DNA of 64,000 bases from Eledone cirrhosa (Eukaryota). The notes under the pieces were generated by a model. That model ran no database searches. It was not told where the DNA came from and saw only the letters and a program-made list of their open reading frames with translations. Of the stretch, positions 48,543 to 63,431 are shown piece after piece. The stretch spans positions 127,162,001 to 127,226,000 of the forward strand of contig OZ024742.1 of the NCBI GenBank assembly GCA_964016885.1, read 5' to 3'. Numbering within the stretch: position 1 is the first letter of the stretch; the number at the start of each line of letters is the position of its first letter. Made by a program: the position numbers and the translations under genes.

Positions 48543-49054
48543 TAAACAAGACATTTTTTACCTTTGTTATTCTGATGGCTATTGCAGGCCATTTGAGTTT
48601 GTAAGAAAATGGTGATTGTGTTGAAAGTTTTATACCAACAAAATATTTTTTGTAAATTATGAACGTATAAATATATTCCAAGATGCTTACTTAAAGCGAT
48701 TATACTAAGATCAAGAAAATTTATATATTGTATATAATCAATTGTTGTAAATAAACAATATATTTATAGATAATTTCTGCCGAGTTGTTTGTTTTGTTAA
48801 ATAATTTATTAAAAGATGTATTTATTTTCATATTTAACTGTGGGTCAATCAATGATAAACATTGATTGACAGCTAAATTATTTATAGAAATATAAAAATA
48901 TACTGAAGCGAAAACCAAACTAAACAGTGTCTTTTACTATACTAGCATCTTTTTCAACACGCTGACGCGTATGTGTATATGTGTGTGCAGGTGTGTATGT
49001 ACATACGAATAAATTTATATGTATGAGTATATAAATATAAACGTGCAAACGCAG

Positions 49055-49740
49055 ACACACTTACACAAACACACACATACAGACATACATTCACACAAAT
49101 ACACACATACAGACATACATTCACACAAACACACACATACAGACATACAGTCACACAAACACACACATACAGACATATATTCACACAAACACACTTAGAG
49201 ACATACATTCACACAAACACACACATACAGACATAAATTCCCACAAACACACACATACATACATACAGTCACACAAACACACACATACAGACATATATTC
49301 ACACAAACACACTTAGAGACATACATTCACACAAACACACACATACAGACATAAATTCACACAAACACACACTTAGAGACATACATTCACACAAACACAC
49401 ACTTAGAGACATACATTCACACAAACACACACTTAGAGACATACATTCACACAAACACACACATACATACATACATTCACACAAATACACACTTACAGAC
49501 ATACATTCACACAAACACACACATTCAGACATACATTCACACAAACACACACATACAGACATACATTCACACAAACACACACATACAGACATACAGTCAC
49601 ACAAACACACACATACAGACATACATTCACACAAACACACACATACAGACATACATTCACACAACCACACACTGAGAGACATACATTCACACAAACACAC
49701 ACACATTCACACAAACACACACACACACACACACACACAC
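49055..49740. repeat. 30-bp CA-rich minisatellite
   Basis: (ACATACATTCACACAAACACACACATACAG)n. Confidence 0.9.
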
Positions 49741-49856
49741 ATGCATTTACACAAACACGCACATACACATACACTCACAGCGTAGCAAATGGAACGCCAG
49801 ATGCTGTTCTGCTATAATTTTTTCACCATCTCTTTCCTTCCTTTTACAAACACATA

Positions 49857-49947
<91 letters not shown>

Positions 49948-50930
49948 TGCGTGACGGACGAACAGATGGAAGGAAGTCGCTCAAATTTATATATAGATTT
50001 TCCTGGCAAAATTAGGACAACCTGAGCCTCCCCAAATATAACATTATTAAAAGATGTTTTCTTCTTTTTCTTATAATTTTACTAATTCGGTCACATTTAA
50101 TCTTTGTAAACCATAAAGATTTATCGTGTTCAACACAAGACACACCTAGAAACAATTGTCTTAAAAGCCACGATACCGGAAAGAGGAAATGTTATGTGTG
50201 CAGACATATAACCTGCTTATGGGGAAAATATGTTGTTGACAAAATATTTATCGAAGATATCTGTCAGAGTCTTTCTTCTTCTTCTTCTTCTCCTCCTCCT
50301 CCTCCTCCTCCTCCTCCTACTCCTCCTCCTACTCCTCCGCCTCTTCCTCCTCTTCCTCCTTACCATTCTTCTTCCTCTTCTTTGACCACTTATTCCTGGG
50401 AGGGTCGTAGAAGGAAGAGTCCTCAAGCACACCTTCAGGATCTACCTCTGGGTTTCCTACCGATTGGTTTTGCCCGTAAAATCTGTCCAACGATTCTTTC
50501 CTTAGGCACTCAAACCGCATGTCTGTAATATCGAAGCTGTGATTTCTCAATTCGCAGAAGTAGCGACTCTATCTCTTTCTTTTTCTATGGAGCGAAATCG
50601 ATTTCGTATATTACAGATTTCTATATTTAGATTTTTATAAAGACAAAGGAGCTATGATTGGATAATTCAAATTTCGGTTTGCATTACTTGAAATTAAACG
50701 TATGTAGATAGTTAAATTAACTAGTTGGTCTGGCGTTCTGCAATTTCTGCTAATTCCTAATACAAAAACGTGGGCAAATTAGTTATCATCATCATCGTCA
50801 TCATTGCGGCCACAGTCGAACATTCCTAACAAAGTCTTTCCACAATTCACGGTTTTCCATTGTTCCTGGCAACTGTTCTCTACTGAGGTTTGTGTCGTCT
50901 GAGAGTCGATATTTACTATAGAAATACTAA

Positions 50931-51665
50931 TGTAACGGAATTCTCCTATAAATTACCCGGCGAAGATTCGAAACCGAATCTAAGAGTTCTCGCATCTGAG
51001 ACCACCCATTATAGGGAATTTCCCATCATTGTCCTGTCAAGTCAACGATTATAAACGTACATACCACTTGACCTCTGATCCCAGCTTCCTGGGAGACGAT
51101 ATCAACATGGCTGCCCATAAATCAACTCATATACACATCCTTCTAACAATAGCACTATTATAAATACAAGGAGTTAAGGAATCAAAAGACCAGAGAGACC
51201 GAAGCAAGCAGTCCGTGTTAAGGTTCACGATGTAGCAGACCTTTCACTCTATCTCTATCCTGGCCCGTACTGGCTCTCACCTTATTGGCCACAGACACAG
51301 CCAGACAGTCAGCCATGCCTACCTGATAGATTGACCACTACTACTACGACAATAATGTATTCTAAGAATAGAGACACACACACATAGTAAGTTCATATTG
51401 TTTACATTCTACGCTCATTCTATTCTCCCTGTCACATTGTATCTGTAAGATACAACACAACTTTTATTATATCGTTGTCTGTGATACATGCATTTACGTT
51501 AGCTCGTAGCAACTAGCCAGTAATCAATGTAGGGATAATTCATGTCATAAATATTATTACTCGATGTTCAAAGTGAATATTGTTGTTATAAAATAAACGT
51601 TGTTAACAACTCATTCATGGCCTTATTCTTTTCATAAATTACCCACCTTCAGAATAACAATTACA
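50931..51665 (+). mobile_element. Solo LTR (735 bp)
   Basis: TGTAA...TTACA termini, CTAA 4-bp target-site duplication on both sides, internal TATAAAT and AATAAA. Confidence 0.75.
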
Positions 51666-51911
51666 CTAATATATAATAAGTGTTGGCTAATTTATTCGCT
51701 TTCAGAGAAAATGGCTTTGAAATAGCATAGGAACTAATCTGCTATTATTCCGACCCTTTATATTGGTGACACATGTTGCTTTTTATATATAGCTTGAACA
51801 ATATTGCTCGGATAGTTGGCTAAAGCTATGGTTCTATCAAATAGGAGTATTTTTCCCCCGTATATAAGCCAAATAAATTGAAACAAAGATCATATATGAA
51901 TAGAAATAATT

Positions 51912-52087
51912 GTTTCTACTTTAGGCACAAGGCCAGCAATTACCCAGTGCATTACTGGTACTTTATTTTATCGACCCCGTAAGGATGAAAGGGAAAGTCA
52001 ACCTCGGCGGGATTTGAACTCAGATCGTAAAGGGACGTAACTATGCTGGAAAGCATGGCGTCCGACTCTCTACCGATACTACCAATC
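51912..52087 (-). mobile_element. tRNA-derived SINE
   Basis: B-box, and the body CCGCCGAGGTTGACTTTCCCTTTCATCC..GGGGTCGATAAAATAAAGTACCAG. Confidence 0.75.
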
Positions 52088-52499
52088 CACAATTAGACCT
52101 ATGCACATTTTCAAGTATTAACTTTCAAAGATAATGTGAGTTGTGTATCAGTGATGTATGTGTCTTGTGCATGTATGTGGTGCGTGTGTGTCTGTAAACG
52201 TCTGTGTGTGAGTATTAATCTGTAAAAAACATAAAAATAACAAAGACCGACAGCATAAAGGATTCAATATCTGTGTAATGTTTAATGTTTATTATAATAA
52301 TTTGACTGCGGCATAGAAAATTTATCGATGATGGCTTCTTTAAACTGTGAGATGAAGACTAAAAACAGGAATTCAGAAGCTAACTCTGTGTGAAGGAGAC
52401 TAGCAACAGGATTCAGTAAATAACTGTGTGGTGGAGGATAACAACAGGACTTTAGTAAATAAGTAAATATCACTGAGTGGTAGAGGCTAAAAACAGGAT

Positions 52500-55400
52500 T
52501 TCAGTAACTGTCTCAGTGATACACTTGAGCAACAGGGCTTCGCTAACTATCTATAGTGGAGGTTAGCAACAGGACATCAGTAACTATATCTATGGTGGAG
52601 GTTAGCAACAGGACTTCAGTAACTATATCTATGGTGGAGGTTAGCAACAGCACTTCAGTAACTATCTCTATGGTGGAGGTTAGCAACAGGGCTTCAGTAA
52701 CTATATCTATGGTTGAGGTTAGCAACAGGACTTCAGTAACTATATCTATGGTGGAGGTTAGCAACAGGACTTCAGTAAATATCTCTATGGTAAAGGTTAG
52801 CAACAGGACTTCAGTAAATATATCTATGGTGGAGGTTAGCAACAGGACTTCAGTAACTATCTCTATGGTGGAGGTTAGCAACAGGACTTCAGTAACTATA
52901 TCTATGGTGGAGGTTAGCAACAGGACTTCAGTAACTATCTCTATGGTGGAGGTTAGCAACAGGACTTCAGTAACTATCTCTATGGTAAAGGTTAGCAACA
53001 GGACTTCAGTAAATATATCTATGGTGGAGGTTAGCAACAGGACTTCAGTAACTATCTCTATGGTAAAGGTTAGCAACAGGACTTCAGTAACTATATCTAT
53101 GGTGGAGGTTAGCAACAGGGCTTCAGTAACTCTATCTATGGTGGAGGTTAGCAACAGGACTTCAGTAACTATCTCTATGGTGGAGGTTAGCAATAGGGCT
53201 TCAGTAACTATATCTATGGTGGAGGTTAGCAACAGGACTTCAGTAACTATCTCTATGGTGGAGGTTAGCAACAGGACTTCAGTAACTATATCTATGGTGG
53301 AGGTTAACAACAGGGCTTCAGTAACTCTATCTATGGTGGAGGTTAGCAACAGGACTTCAGTAACTATATCTATAGTGGAGGTTAGCAACAGGACTTCAGT
53401 AACTATATCTATAGTAGAGGATAGCAACAGGACTTCAGTAACTATCTCTATGGTGGAGGTTAGCAACAGGACTTCAGTAACTATATCTATGGTGGAGGTT
53501 AGCAACAGGACTTCAGTAACTATCTCTATGGTGGAGGTTAGCAACAGGACTTCAGTAACTCTATCTATGGTGGAGGTTAGCAACAAGACTTCAGTAACTA
53601 TCTCTATGGTGGAGGTTAGCAACAGGACTTCAGTAACTCTATCTATGGTGGAGGTTAGCAACAGGACTTCAGTAACTATCTCTATGGTGGAGGTTAGCAA
53701 CAGGACTTCAGTAACTATCTCTATGGTGGAGGATAGCAACAGGACTTCAGTAACTATCTCTATGGTGGAGGTTAGCAACAGGACTTCAGTAACTATATCT
53801 ATGGTGGAGGTTAGCAACAGGACTTCAGTAACTATATCTATGGTGGAGGTTAGCAACAGGGCTTCAGTAACTATCTCTATGGTGGAGGTTAGCAACAGGA
53901 CTTCAGTAACTATCTCTATGGTGGAGGTTAGCAACAGGGCTTCAGTAACTATATCTATGGTGGAGGTTAGCAACAGGACTTCAGTAACTATCTCTATGGT
54001 GGAGGTTAGCAACAGGGCTTCAGTAAATATATCTATGGTGGAGGTTAGCAACAGGACTTCAGTAACTATCTCTATGGTGGAGGTTAGCAACAGGACTTCA
54101 GTAACTATATCTATGGTGGAGGTTAGCAACAAGACTTCAGTAACTATCTCTATGGTGGAGGTTAGCAACAGGGCTTCAGTAACTATCTCTATAGTGGAGG
54201 TTAGCAACAGGACTTCAGTAACTATCTCTATGGTGGAGGTTAGCAACAGGACTTCAGTAACTATATCTATGGTGGAGGTTAGCAACAGGACTTCAGTAAC
54301 TATATCTATGGTGGAGGTTAGCAACAGGACTTCAGTAACTATCTCTATGGTGGAGGTTAGCAACAGGACTTCAGTAACTCTATCTATGGTGGAGGTTAGC
54401 AACAGGACTTCAGTAACTATATCTATGGTGGAGGTTAGCAACAGGGCTTCAGTAACTATATCTATGGTGGAGGTTAGCAACAGGACTTCAGTAACTATAT
54501 CTATGGTGGAGGTTAGCAACAGGGCTTCAGTAACTATCTCTATGGTGGAGGTTAGCAACAGGACTTCAGTAACTATCTCTATGGTGGAGGTTAGCAACAG
54601 GGCTTCAGTAACTATATCTATGGTGGAGGTTAGCAACAGGGCTTCAGTAACTATATCTATGGTGGAGGTTAGCAACAGGGCTTCAGTAAATATATCTATG
54701 GTGGAGGTTAGCAACAGGGCTTCAGTAAATATATCTATGGTGGAGGTTAGCAACAGGACTTCAGTAACTATATCTATGGTGGAGGTTAGCAACAGGGCTT
54801 CAGTAAATATATCTATGGTGGAGGCTAGCAACAGGACTTCAGTAACTATATCTATGGTGGAGGTTAGCATCAGGACTTCAGTAACTATCTCTATGGTGGA
54901 GGTTAGCAACAGGACTTCAGTAACTATATCTAAGGTGGAGGTTAGCAACAGGGCTTCAGTAAATATATCTATAGTGGAGGTTAGCAACAGGACTTCAGTA
55001 ACTATATCTATAGTAGAGGATAGCAACAGGACTTCAGTAACTATCTCTATGGTGGAGGTTAGCAACAGGACTTCAGTAACTATATCTATGGTGGAGGTTA
55101 GCAACAGGGCTTCAGTAAATATATCTATGGTGGAGGTTAGCAACAGGGCTTCAGTAACTATCTCTATGGTGGAGGTTAGCAACAGGACTTCAGTAACTAT
55201 ATCTATGGTGGAGGTTAGCAACAGGACTTCAGTAACTATCTCTATGGTGGAGGTTAGCAACAGGACTTCAGTAACTATCTCTATGGTAAAGGTTAGCAAC
55301 AGGACTTCAGTAAATATATCTATGGTGGAGGTTAGCAACAGGACTTCAGTAACTATCTCTATGGTAAAGGTTAGCAACAGGACTTCAGTAACTATATCTA

Positions 55401-58400
55401 TGGTGGAGGTTAGCAACAGGGCTTCAGTAACTCTATCTATGGTGGAGGTTAGCAACAGGACTTCAGTAACTATCTCTATGGTGGAGGTTAGCAATAGGGC
55501 TTCAGTAACTATATCTATGGTGGAGGTTAGCAACAGGACTTCAGTAACTATCTCTATGGTGGAGGTTAGCAACAGGACTTCAGTAACTATATCTATGGTG
55601 GAGGTTAGCAACAGGGCTTCAGTAACTCTATCTATGGTGGAGGTTAGCAACAGGACTTCAGTAACTATATCTATAGTGGAGGTTAGCAACAGGACTTCAG
55701 TAACTATATCTATAGTAGAGGATAGCAACAGGACTTCAGTAACTATCTCTATGGTGGAGGTTAGCAACAGGACTTCAGTAACTATATCTATGGTGGAGGT
55801 TAGCAACAGGACTTCAGTAACTATCTCTATGGTGGAGGTTAGCAACAGGACTTCAGTAACTCTATCTATGGTGGAGGTTAGCAACAAGACTTCAGTAACT
55901 ATCTCTATGGTGGAGGTTAGCAACAGGACTTCAGTAACTCTATCTATGGTGGAGGTTAGCAACAGGACTTCAGTAACTATCTCTATGGTGGAGGTTAGCA
56001 ACAAGACTTCAGTAACTATCTCTATGGTGGAGGTTAGCAACAGGACTTCAGTAACTATCTCTATGGTGGAGGATAGCAACAGGACTTCAGTAACTATCTC
56101 TATGGTGGAGGTTAGCAACAGGACTTCAGTAACTATATCTATGGTGGAGGTTAGCAACAGGACTTCAGTAACTATATCTATGGTGGAGGTTAGCAACAGG
56201 GCTTCAGTAACTATCTCTATGGTGGAGGTTAGCAACAGGACTTCAGTAACTATCTCTATGGTGGAGGTTAGCAACAGGGCTTCAGTAACTATATCTATGG
56301 TGGAGGTTAGCAACAGGACTTCAGTAACTATCTCTATGGTGGAGGTTAGCAACAGGACTTCAGTAACTATATCTATGGTGGAGGTTAGCAACAAGACTTC
56401 AGTAACTATCTCTATGGTGGAGGTTAGCAACAGGACTTCAGTAACTCTATCTATGGTGGAGGTTAGCAACAGGACTTCAGTAACTATCTCTATGGTGGAG
56501 GTTAGCAACAGGACTTCAGTAACTATATCTATTGTGGAGGTTAGCAACAGGACTTCAGTAACTATATCTATGGTGGAGGTTAGCAACAGGACTTCAGTAA
56601 ATATATCTATGGTGGAGGTTAGCAACAGGACTTCAGTAACTATCTCTATGGTGGAGGTTAGCAACAGGACTTCAGTAACTATATCTATGGTGGAGGTTAG
56701 CAACAGGACTTCAGTAACTATCTCTATGGTGGAGGTTAGCAACAGGACTTCAGTAACTCTATCTATGGTGGAGGTTAGCAACAAGACTTCAGTAACTATC
56801 TCTATGGTGGAGGTTAGCAACAGGACTTCAGTAACTCTATCTATGGTGGAGGTTAGCAACAGGACTTCAGTAACTATCTCTATGGTGGAGGTTAGCAACA
56901 GGACTTCAGTAACTCTATCTATGGTGGAGGTTAGCAACAGGACTTCAGTAACTATATCTATGGTGGAGGTTAGCAACAGGGCTTCAGTAACTATATCTAT
57001 GGTGGAGGTTAGCAACAGGACTTCAGTAACTATATCTATGGTGGAGGTTAGCAACAGGGCTTCAGTAACTATCTCTATGGTGGAGGTTAGCAACAGGACT
57101 TCAGTAACTATCTCTATGGTGGAGGTTAGCAACAGGGCTTCAGTAACTATATCTATGGTGGAGGTTAGCAACAGGGCTTCAGTAACTATATCTATGGTGG
57201 AGGTTAGCAACAGGGCTTCAGTAAATATATCTATGATGGAGGTTAGCAACAGGGCTTCAGTAAATATATCTATGGTGGAGGTTAGCAACAGGACTTCAGT
57301 AACTATATCTATGGTGGAGGTTAGCAACAGGGCTTCAGTAAATATATCTATGGTGGAGGCTAGCAACAGGACTTCAGTAACTATATCTATGGTGGAGGTT
57401 AGCAACAGGACTTCAGTAACTATCTCTATGGTGGAGGTTAGCAACAGGACTTCAGTAACTATATCTATGGTGGAGGTTAGCAACAGGGCTTCAGTAAATA
57501 TATCTATAGTGGAGGTTAGCAACAGGACTTCAGTAACTATATCTATAGTAGAGGATAGCAACAGGACTTCAGTAACTATCTCTATGGTGGAGGTTAGCAA
57601 CAGGACTTCAGTAACTATATCTATGGTGGAGGTTAGCAACAGGGCTTCAGTAAATATATCTATGGTGGAGGTTAGCAACAGGGCTTCAGTAAATATATCT
57701 ATGGTGGAGGTTAGCAACAGGACTTCAGTAACTCTATCTATGGTGGAGGTTGGCAACAGGGCTTCAGTAACTCTATCTATGGTGGAGGTTAGCAACAGGA
57801 CTTCAGTAACTATATCTATGGTGGAGGTTAGCAACAGGACTTCAGTAACTATCTCTATAGTGGAGGTTAGCAACAGGGCTTCAGTAACTATATCTATGGT
57901 GGAGGTTAGCAATAGGGCTTCACTAACTATATCTATGGTGGAGGTTAGCAACAGCACTTCAGTAACTATCTCTATGGTGGAGGTTAGCAACAGGACTTCA
58001 GTAACTATCTCTATGGTGGAGGTTAGCAACAGGACTTCAGTAACTATCTCTATGGTGGAGGTTAGCAACAGGACTTCAGTAACTATCTCTATGGTGGAGG
58101 TTAGCAACAGGACTTCAGTAACTATATCTATGGTGGAGGTTAGCAACAGGACTTCAGTAACTATCTCTATGGTGGAGGTTAGCAACAGGACTTCAGTAAA
58201 TATATCTATGGTGGAGGTTAGCAACAGGACTTCAGTAACTATATCTATGGTGGAGGTTAGCAACAGGACTTCAGTAAATATATCTATGGTGGAGGTTAGC
58301 AATAGGGCTTCACTAACTATATCTATGGTGGAGGTTAGCAACAGGGCTTCAGTAACTATATCTATGGTGGAGGTTAGCAACAGGACTTCAGTAACTATCT

Positions 58401-59905
58401 CTATGGTGGAGGTTAGCAACAGGACTTCAGTAACTATATCTATGGTGGAGGTTAGCAACAGGACTTCAGTAAATATATCTATGGTGGAGGCTAGCAACAG
58501 GACTTCAGTAACTATATCTATGGTGGAGGTTAGCAACAGGACTTCAGTAACTATCTCTATGGTGGAGGTTAGCAACAGGACTTCAGTAACTATATCTATG
58601 GGAGAGGTTAGCAACAGGGCTTCAGTAACTATATCTATGGTGGAGGTTAGCAACAGGACTTCAGTAACTATCTCTATGGTGGAGGTTAGCAACAGGACTT
58701 CAGTAAATATATCTATGGTGCAGGTTAACAATAGGGCTTCACTAACTATATCTATGGTGGAGGTTAGCAACAGGACTTCAGTAACTATATCTATGGTGGA
58801 GGTTAGCAACAGGACTTCAGTAACTATATCTATGGTGGAGGTTAGCAACAGGACTTCAGTAAATATATCTATGGTGGAGGTTAGCAACAGGACTTCAGTA
58901 GCTATCTCTATGGTGGAGGTTAGCAATAGGGCTTCAGTAACTATCTCTATGGTGGAGGATAGCAACAGGACTTCAGTAACTATCTCTATGGTGGAGGTTA
59001 GCAACAGGACTTCAGTAACTATATCTATGGTGGAGGTTAGCAACAGGACTTCAGTAACTATATCTATGGTGGAGGTTAGCAACAGGACTTCAGTAAATAT
59101 ATCTATGGTGGAGGTTAGCAACAGGACTACAGTAACTATATCTATGGTGGAGGTTAGCAACAGGACTTCAGTAACTATCTCTATAGTGGAGGTTAGCAAC
59201 AAGACTTCAGTAACTATATCTATGGTGGAGGTTAGCAACAGGACTTCAGTAACTATCTCTATGGTGGAGGTTAGCAACAGGACTTCAGTAACTATATCTA
59301 TGGTGGAGGTTAGCAACAGGACTTCAGTAACTATCTCTATGGTGGAGGTTAGCAACAAGACTTCAGTAACTATATCTATGGTGGAGGTTAGCAACAGGAC
59401 TTCAGTAACTATATCTATGGTGGAGGTTAGCAACAAGACTTCAGTAACTATATCTATGGTGGAGGTTAGCAACAGGACTTCAGTAACTATCTCTATGGTG
59501 GAGGTTAGCAACAGGACTTCAGTAACTATATCTATGGTGGAGGTTAGCAACAGGACTTCAGTAACTATCTCTATGGTGGAGGTTAGCAACAGAACTTCAG
59601 TAACTATATCTATGGTGGAGGTTAGCAACAGGACTTCAGTAACTATCTCTATGGTGGAGGTTAGCAACAAGACTTCAGTAACTATCTCTATGGGAGAGGT
59701 TAGCAACAGGACTTCAGAAAATATATTTGTAGTAAATATCTCTATGGTGGAGGCTAGCAATGGGACTTCTCTAACTATATCTGTGGTGGAAGCTAGCAAA
59801 AATATTTTGGTAGTTATCTTTGTGTGAGGGTGATTAGCAAAAGGACTTCCATAACTATCTGTATGGTAGAGGCTACGAACTGGACTTCAGTAACTATCAC
59901 TGTGA
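52500..59905. repeat. 39-bp minisatellite, about 185 copies, with degenerate edges
   Basis: (TCTATGGTGGAGGTTAGCAACAGGACTTCAGTAACTATM)n. Confidence 0.97.
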
Positions 59906-59934
59906 TGGGTTCTTTATTTAACACCTGTTAGCAG

Positions 59935-62900
59935 TATATGAATCTGGCGAGAAAAAAGGACGAATGTTTTGTCACGTATGCTGGGATCGTTAACAAGGAA
60001 TGCGAAAGATTTAAACTTAACGAACTGTTTAAATGCTTAATTTTCGTGCAAGGGTTAACTGCAAAGAAAGGTGCGGAAATTCGTACCAGAATTCTGACAA
60101 AATTAGAGCAGAATCGGAACTTAATATTACAGGAAATATCTGAGGAATGTCAGAATATCATAAATCTGAGACACGGTACGGAAAGAATCGAAGAGAGAGA
60201 GACTGCTCTCATATACAGTCTATGCGACACAAAGTAAAAAGCGAAAAACAAAAAATTAATCTATGTTTCAGATAAGATTGTCCTTTTAAAAACCTAAAGT
60301 GCTTCGAGTGTGGGGGAATAGGACATTAAAAAATCACACTGCAAAACAAAACCAAGAAAAAGGTTCAACAAGAAAAAAAAATTAACCAGACTCAAAGGAA
60401 ATTTGTGTATGTAAAAATTAACAACGTGAATGTTAAATTGCGGTTCGATATAGGTAGCGACATTACTATAATCATTGAAGACACACGGAAAGGAACCGGG
60501 AAAACTACATCAAATAAAACCTCCAAGATTACATGTGGTGTTTCTGGAAATAAATTATTTTTTTAAAGGCGAAATAGTAAGTAACGTTACATTTCGTGGC
60601 AAGACCGTAAAAGCTAAAGCTATGTATTAAGAAATACAACTCTTTTCGGTACTGACTGGATGGAGCTGTTCGACTTATATGATTTACCCATGAATATGTT
60701 TTGTAAAAATGTTATTGTCCAAACAAAGAGTCAGAAAATAAAAAAAAATAAAAAGAATTGAGAAGGTGATCTCCGATGTTTTTTTCGGATGTGTTAGGAC
60801 GTTGTACTAAAACTATAACTAAATTTCAAGTGAAAGAAAATGTGACACCTATATTTAAACCCAAACGTAATGTACCGTTTGCAGCATTAGATCAAGTTAA
60901 TAAAGAATTAGATTTTAAAAAATGGGAGTGATTGAAAAACCTGACCACGCAGAGTAGGCGGATTCAACAGTGTAAGTAACAAAAATGATAAAATTCGTGT
61001 GTGCGCAGACTTTTCGACAGGACTAAACGAATGCTTAAGACCACACAACTATCCATTGCCAAGTCCAGAGAAAATCTTTACGAGACTAAACTGTGGAAAA
61101 TGTTTCTCGAAATTAGACCTTTCTGAAGCTTACGTACAAATACAAGTTGAAGATGAATGTACAAAGTTGTTGACAATAAATACACATAAAGGTTTGTACA
61201 AATTTAACCGACTTCCCTTTGCCATAAAAGTTGCTCCGGCTATATTCCAACAAGTTATGGATAGGATACTGGCAGATTGTGATTTCGCGATTGCATACTT
61301 GGACGACGTATTAATAAAAAGTGAATTTCATGTTCAGCATGTCGAGAATGTCAAGTGTGTTTTTGAAAAGATAAGAGAGTATTGGTTCAAACTCAGCGAT
61401 GAGAAGTGTCAATTTTTCTTGCCTAGAATAAAGTACCTAGAACAAATCATCGATAAAAATGGTCATCAACCATATCCGTCGAGGACTAGTGCAATTAAAA
61501 ATATGCCCCACCGAAAAACGTTACTATGTTACAAACATTTTGGGGGTTTGCGAACTATTATCAAATATATATTCCAAATATGCAAAATGTAAGAGCTCCA
61601 CTAAATAATTTGATAAAAAACGATAAAGTGGAATTGGACTGATATGTGCCAGAAGGTGTTTGAAGAAATAAAAAAACATATTAACATCGGACATACCATT
61701 AGCGCATTATGACTCCAAAATAAAAATCGTATTGACTTCAGATGCTAGTGAGTATGGTCTTGGAGCCGTGTTCTGCACAAATACGATGATGGAAGCACGA
61801 AAGCCGTAGCTCATGCCCCACGTTCTCTACTAGTAGCAGAACAGAATTACAGCCAAATCGAAAAAAATGCGTGAGTAATAATGTTTGCTGTGAAAAAATG
61901 TTACAAGTTTATTTACGGAAGGAGTTTTTGTTTACAAACAGACCACCGTCCTTTATTGTCAATTTACGGATCAAAGAATGGAATTCCCACCCATACAGCA
62001 AATAGATTACAACGCTGGGGCACCATTTTATTAAATTATGATTTTAAGATGGAGTATCTACCATCCAAAACATTAGGAGACGCTGATGCTCTATCAAGAT
62101 TGATAGCTAAAAATAGTGAACCATTTAAAGTCATTAAGATCTGAAAAAGAAATAAAAAGTATATTATGTAACGTAGTACGGGAATTGCTTGTTACCTTAG
62201 AAGAAATAAGATTAAAAGCAGAAGACATTTTTATTATGAAAATGAAAAGATTACCGAGAGCAGAAAAAATAAATAAAAATATGCGGTTTGCAGAACGCAA
62301 CCCGGATTCGAACTCGTACTCCATTTGTGACAATGTACTGATGTATGCACAAAGAGTAGTAATACCGGTCACACTACAATGGTGAATATTAAATGAATTT
62401 CACATTGGTCATCCGGGAGTATCGAGAAGGAAAGCTCTTATGAGAAGTTATGTACAATGGCCCAAAATGTACCAAGAGATTGAAAAGTTGGTAAAATCAT
62501 GCATAGGTTGTGCTCTGGCAGCAAAATCGCTTACCACAAAAGTTCAACCTTGACTAAAAACAGATATTCCATGGTCCAGACTACATATAGATTCCGCAGG
62601 TCCACTAAACGGATCACATTATCTTGTAGTGGTAGGTAGATTTACTAAATGGCCTTAAAGTTTTAAGTGTAAAAAAAACAACCTCCACGGTTACAGTAAG
62701 TTTTTTAAACGAATGGTTTACAAGATATGGTATTCCTGATACCATAGTTTCTGATAATGGGACACAATTCACTGCATATGAATTTAAAAGATTTTGTAAA
62801 ATGTTCTCTATTGAACATGTTACCACTCCACCGTATCACCTAATGTCAAATGGACAAGCGGAACAGTTTGTGGATACATTTAAGAAAGCAAACAATGAAA

Positions 62901-63395
62901 TAGTAGATGATTTAGCACTTCAACAATTCTTAAGGGTATACCATGTAACACCTAATCCTGAGGCCATAGCACCTGTGGAATTGATGTTCGCAAAGAAAAT
63001 TAAGTCAGTTTGTGATGAATTGTTACCGAGTCGAAAAAGAAAAATATCGGATAACAAAAATAAGACATTTTCTAAAATTGGCGATGAAGTTTTTTTTAGA
63101 ATATACTAGCAGAATGCCCCTGCGTTGCTCGGGATTTGCTCGAGGGTTCTTATATATTTGATATATATTTATCCTTATCGGGCCTCGTGAAATAAATACG
63201 TTTGTTTATATTTTGTTATTGTGTATGCAAAAATATCTGTACACGAATATATAATTATATATATATATATATATATTAAAATTACAGATTAAAGTTTAAG
63301 CAAAGAATCGCTGCTTTCACCCTTAACGGGATCTTCTGAAACTAAAAAAAAATCAATCTGTGAACGCAGAAGTAAATATTTCGAAAAACCTTACA

Positions 63396-63431
<36 letters not shown>

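Noticed and set aside
52543-59827. CRISPR-like array
   Set aside because: Contiguous repeats with no unique spacers, no cas genes, and a eukaryotic context.
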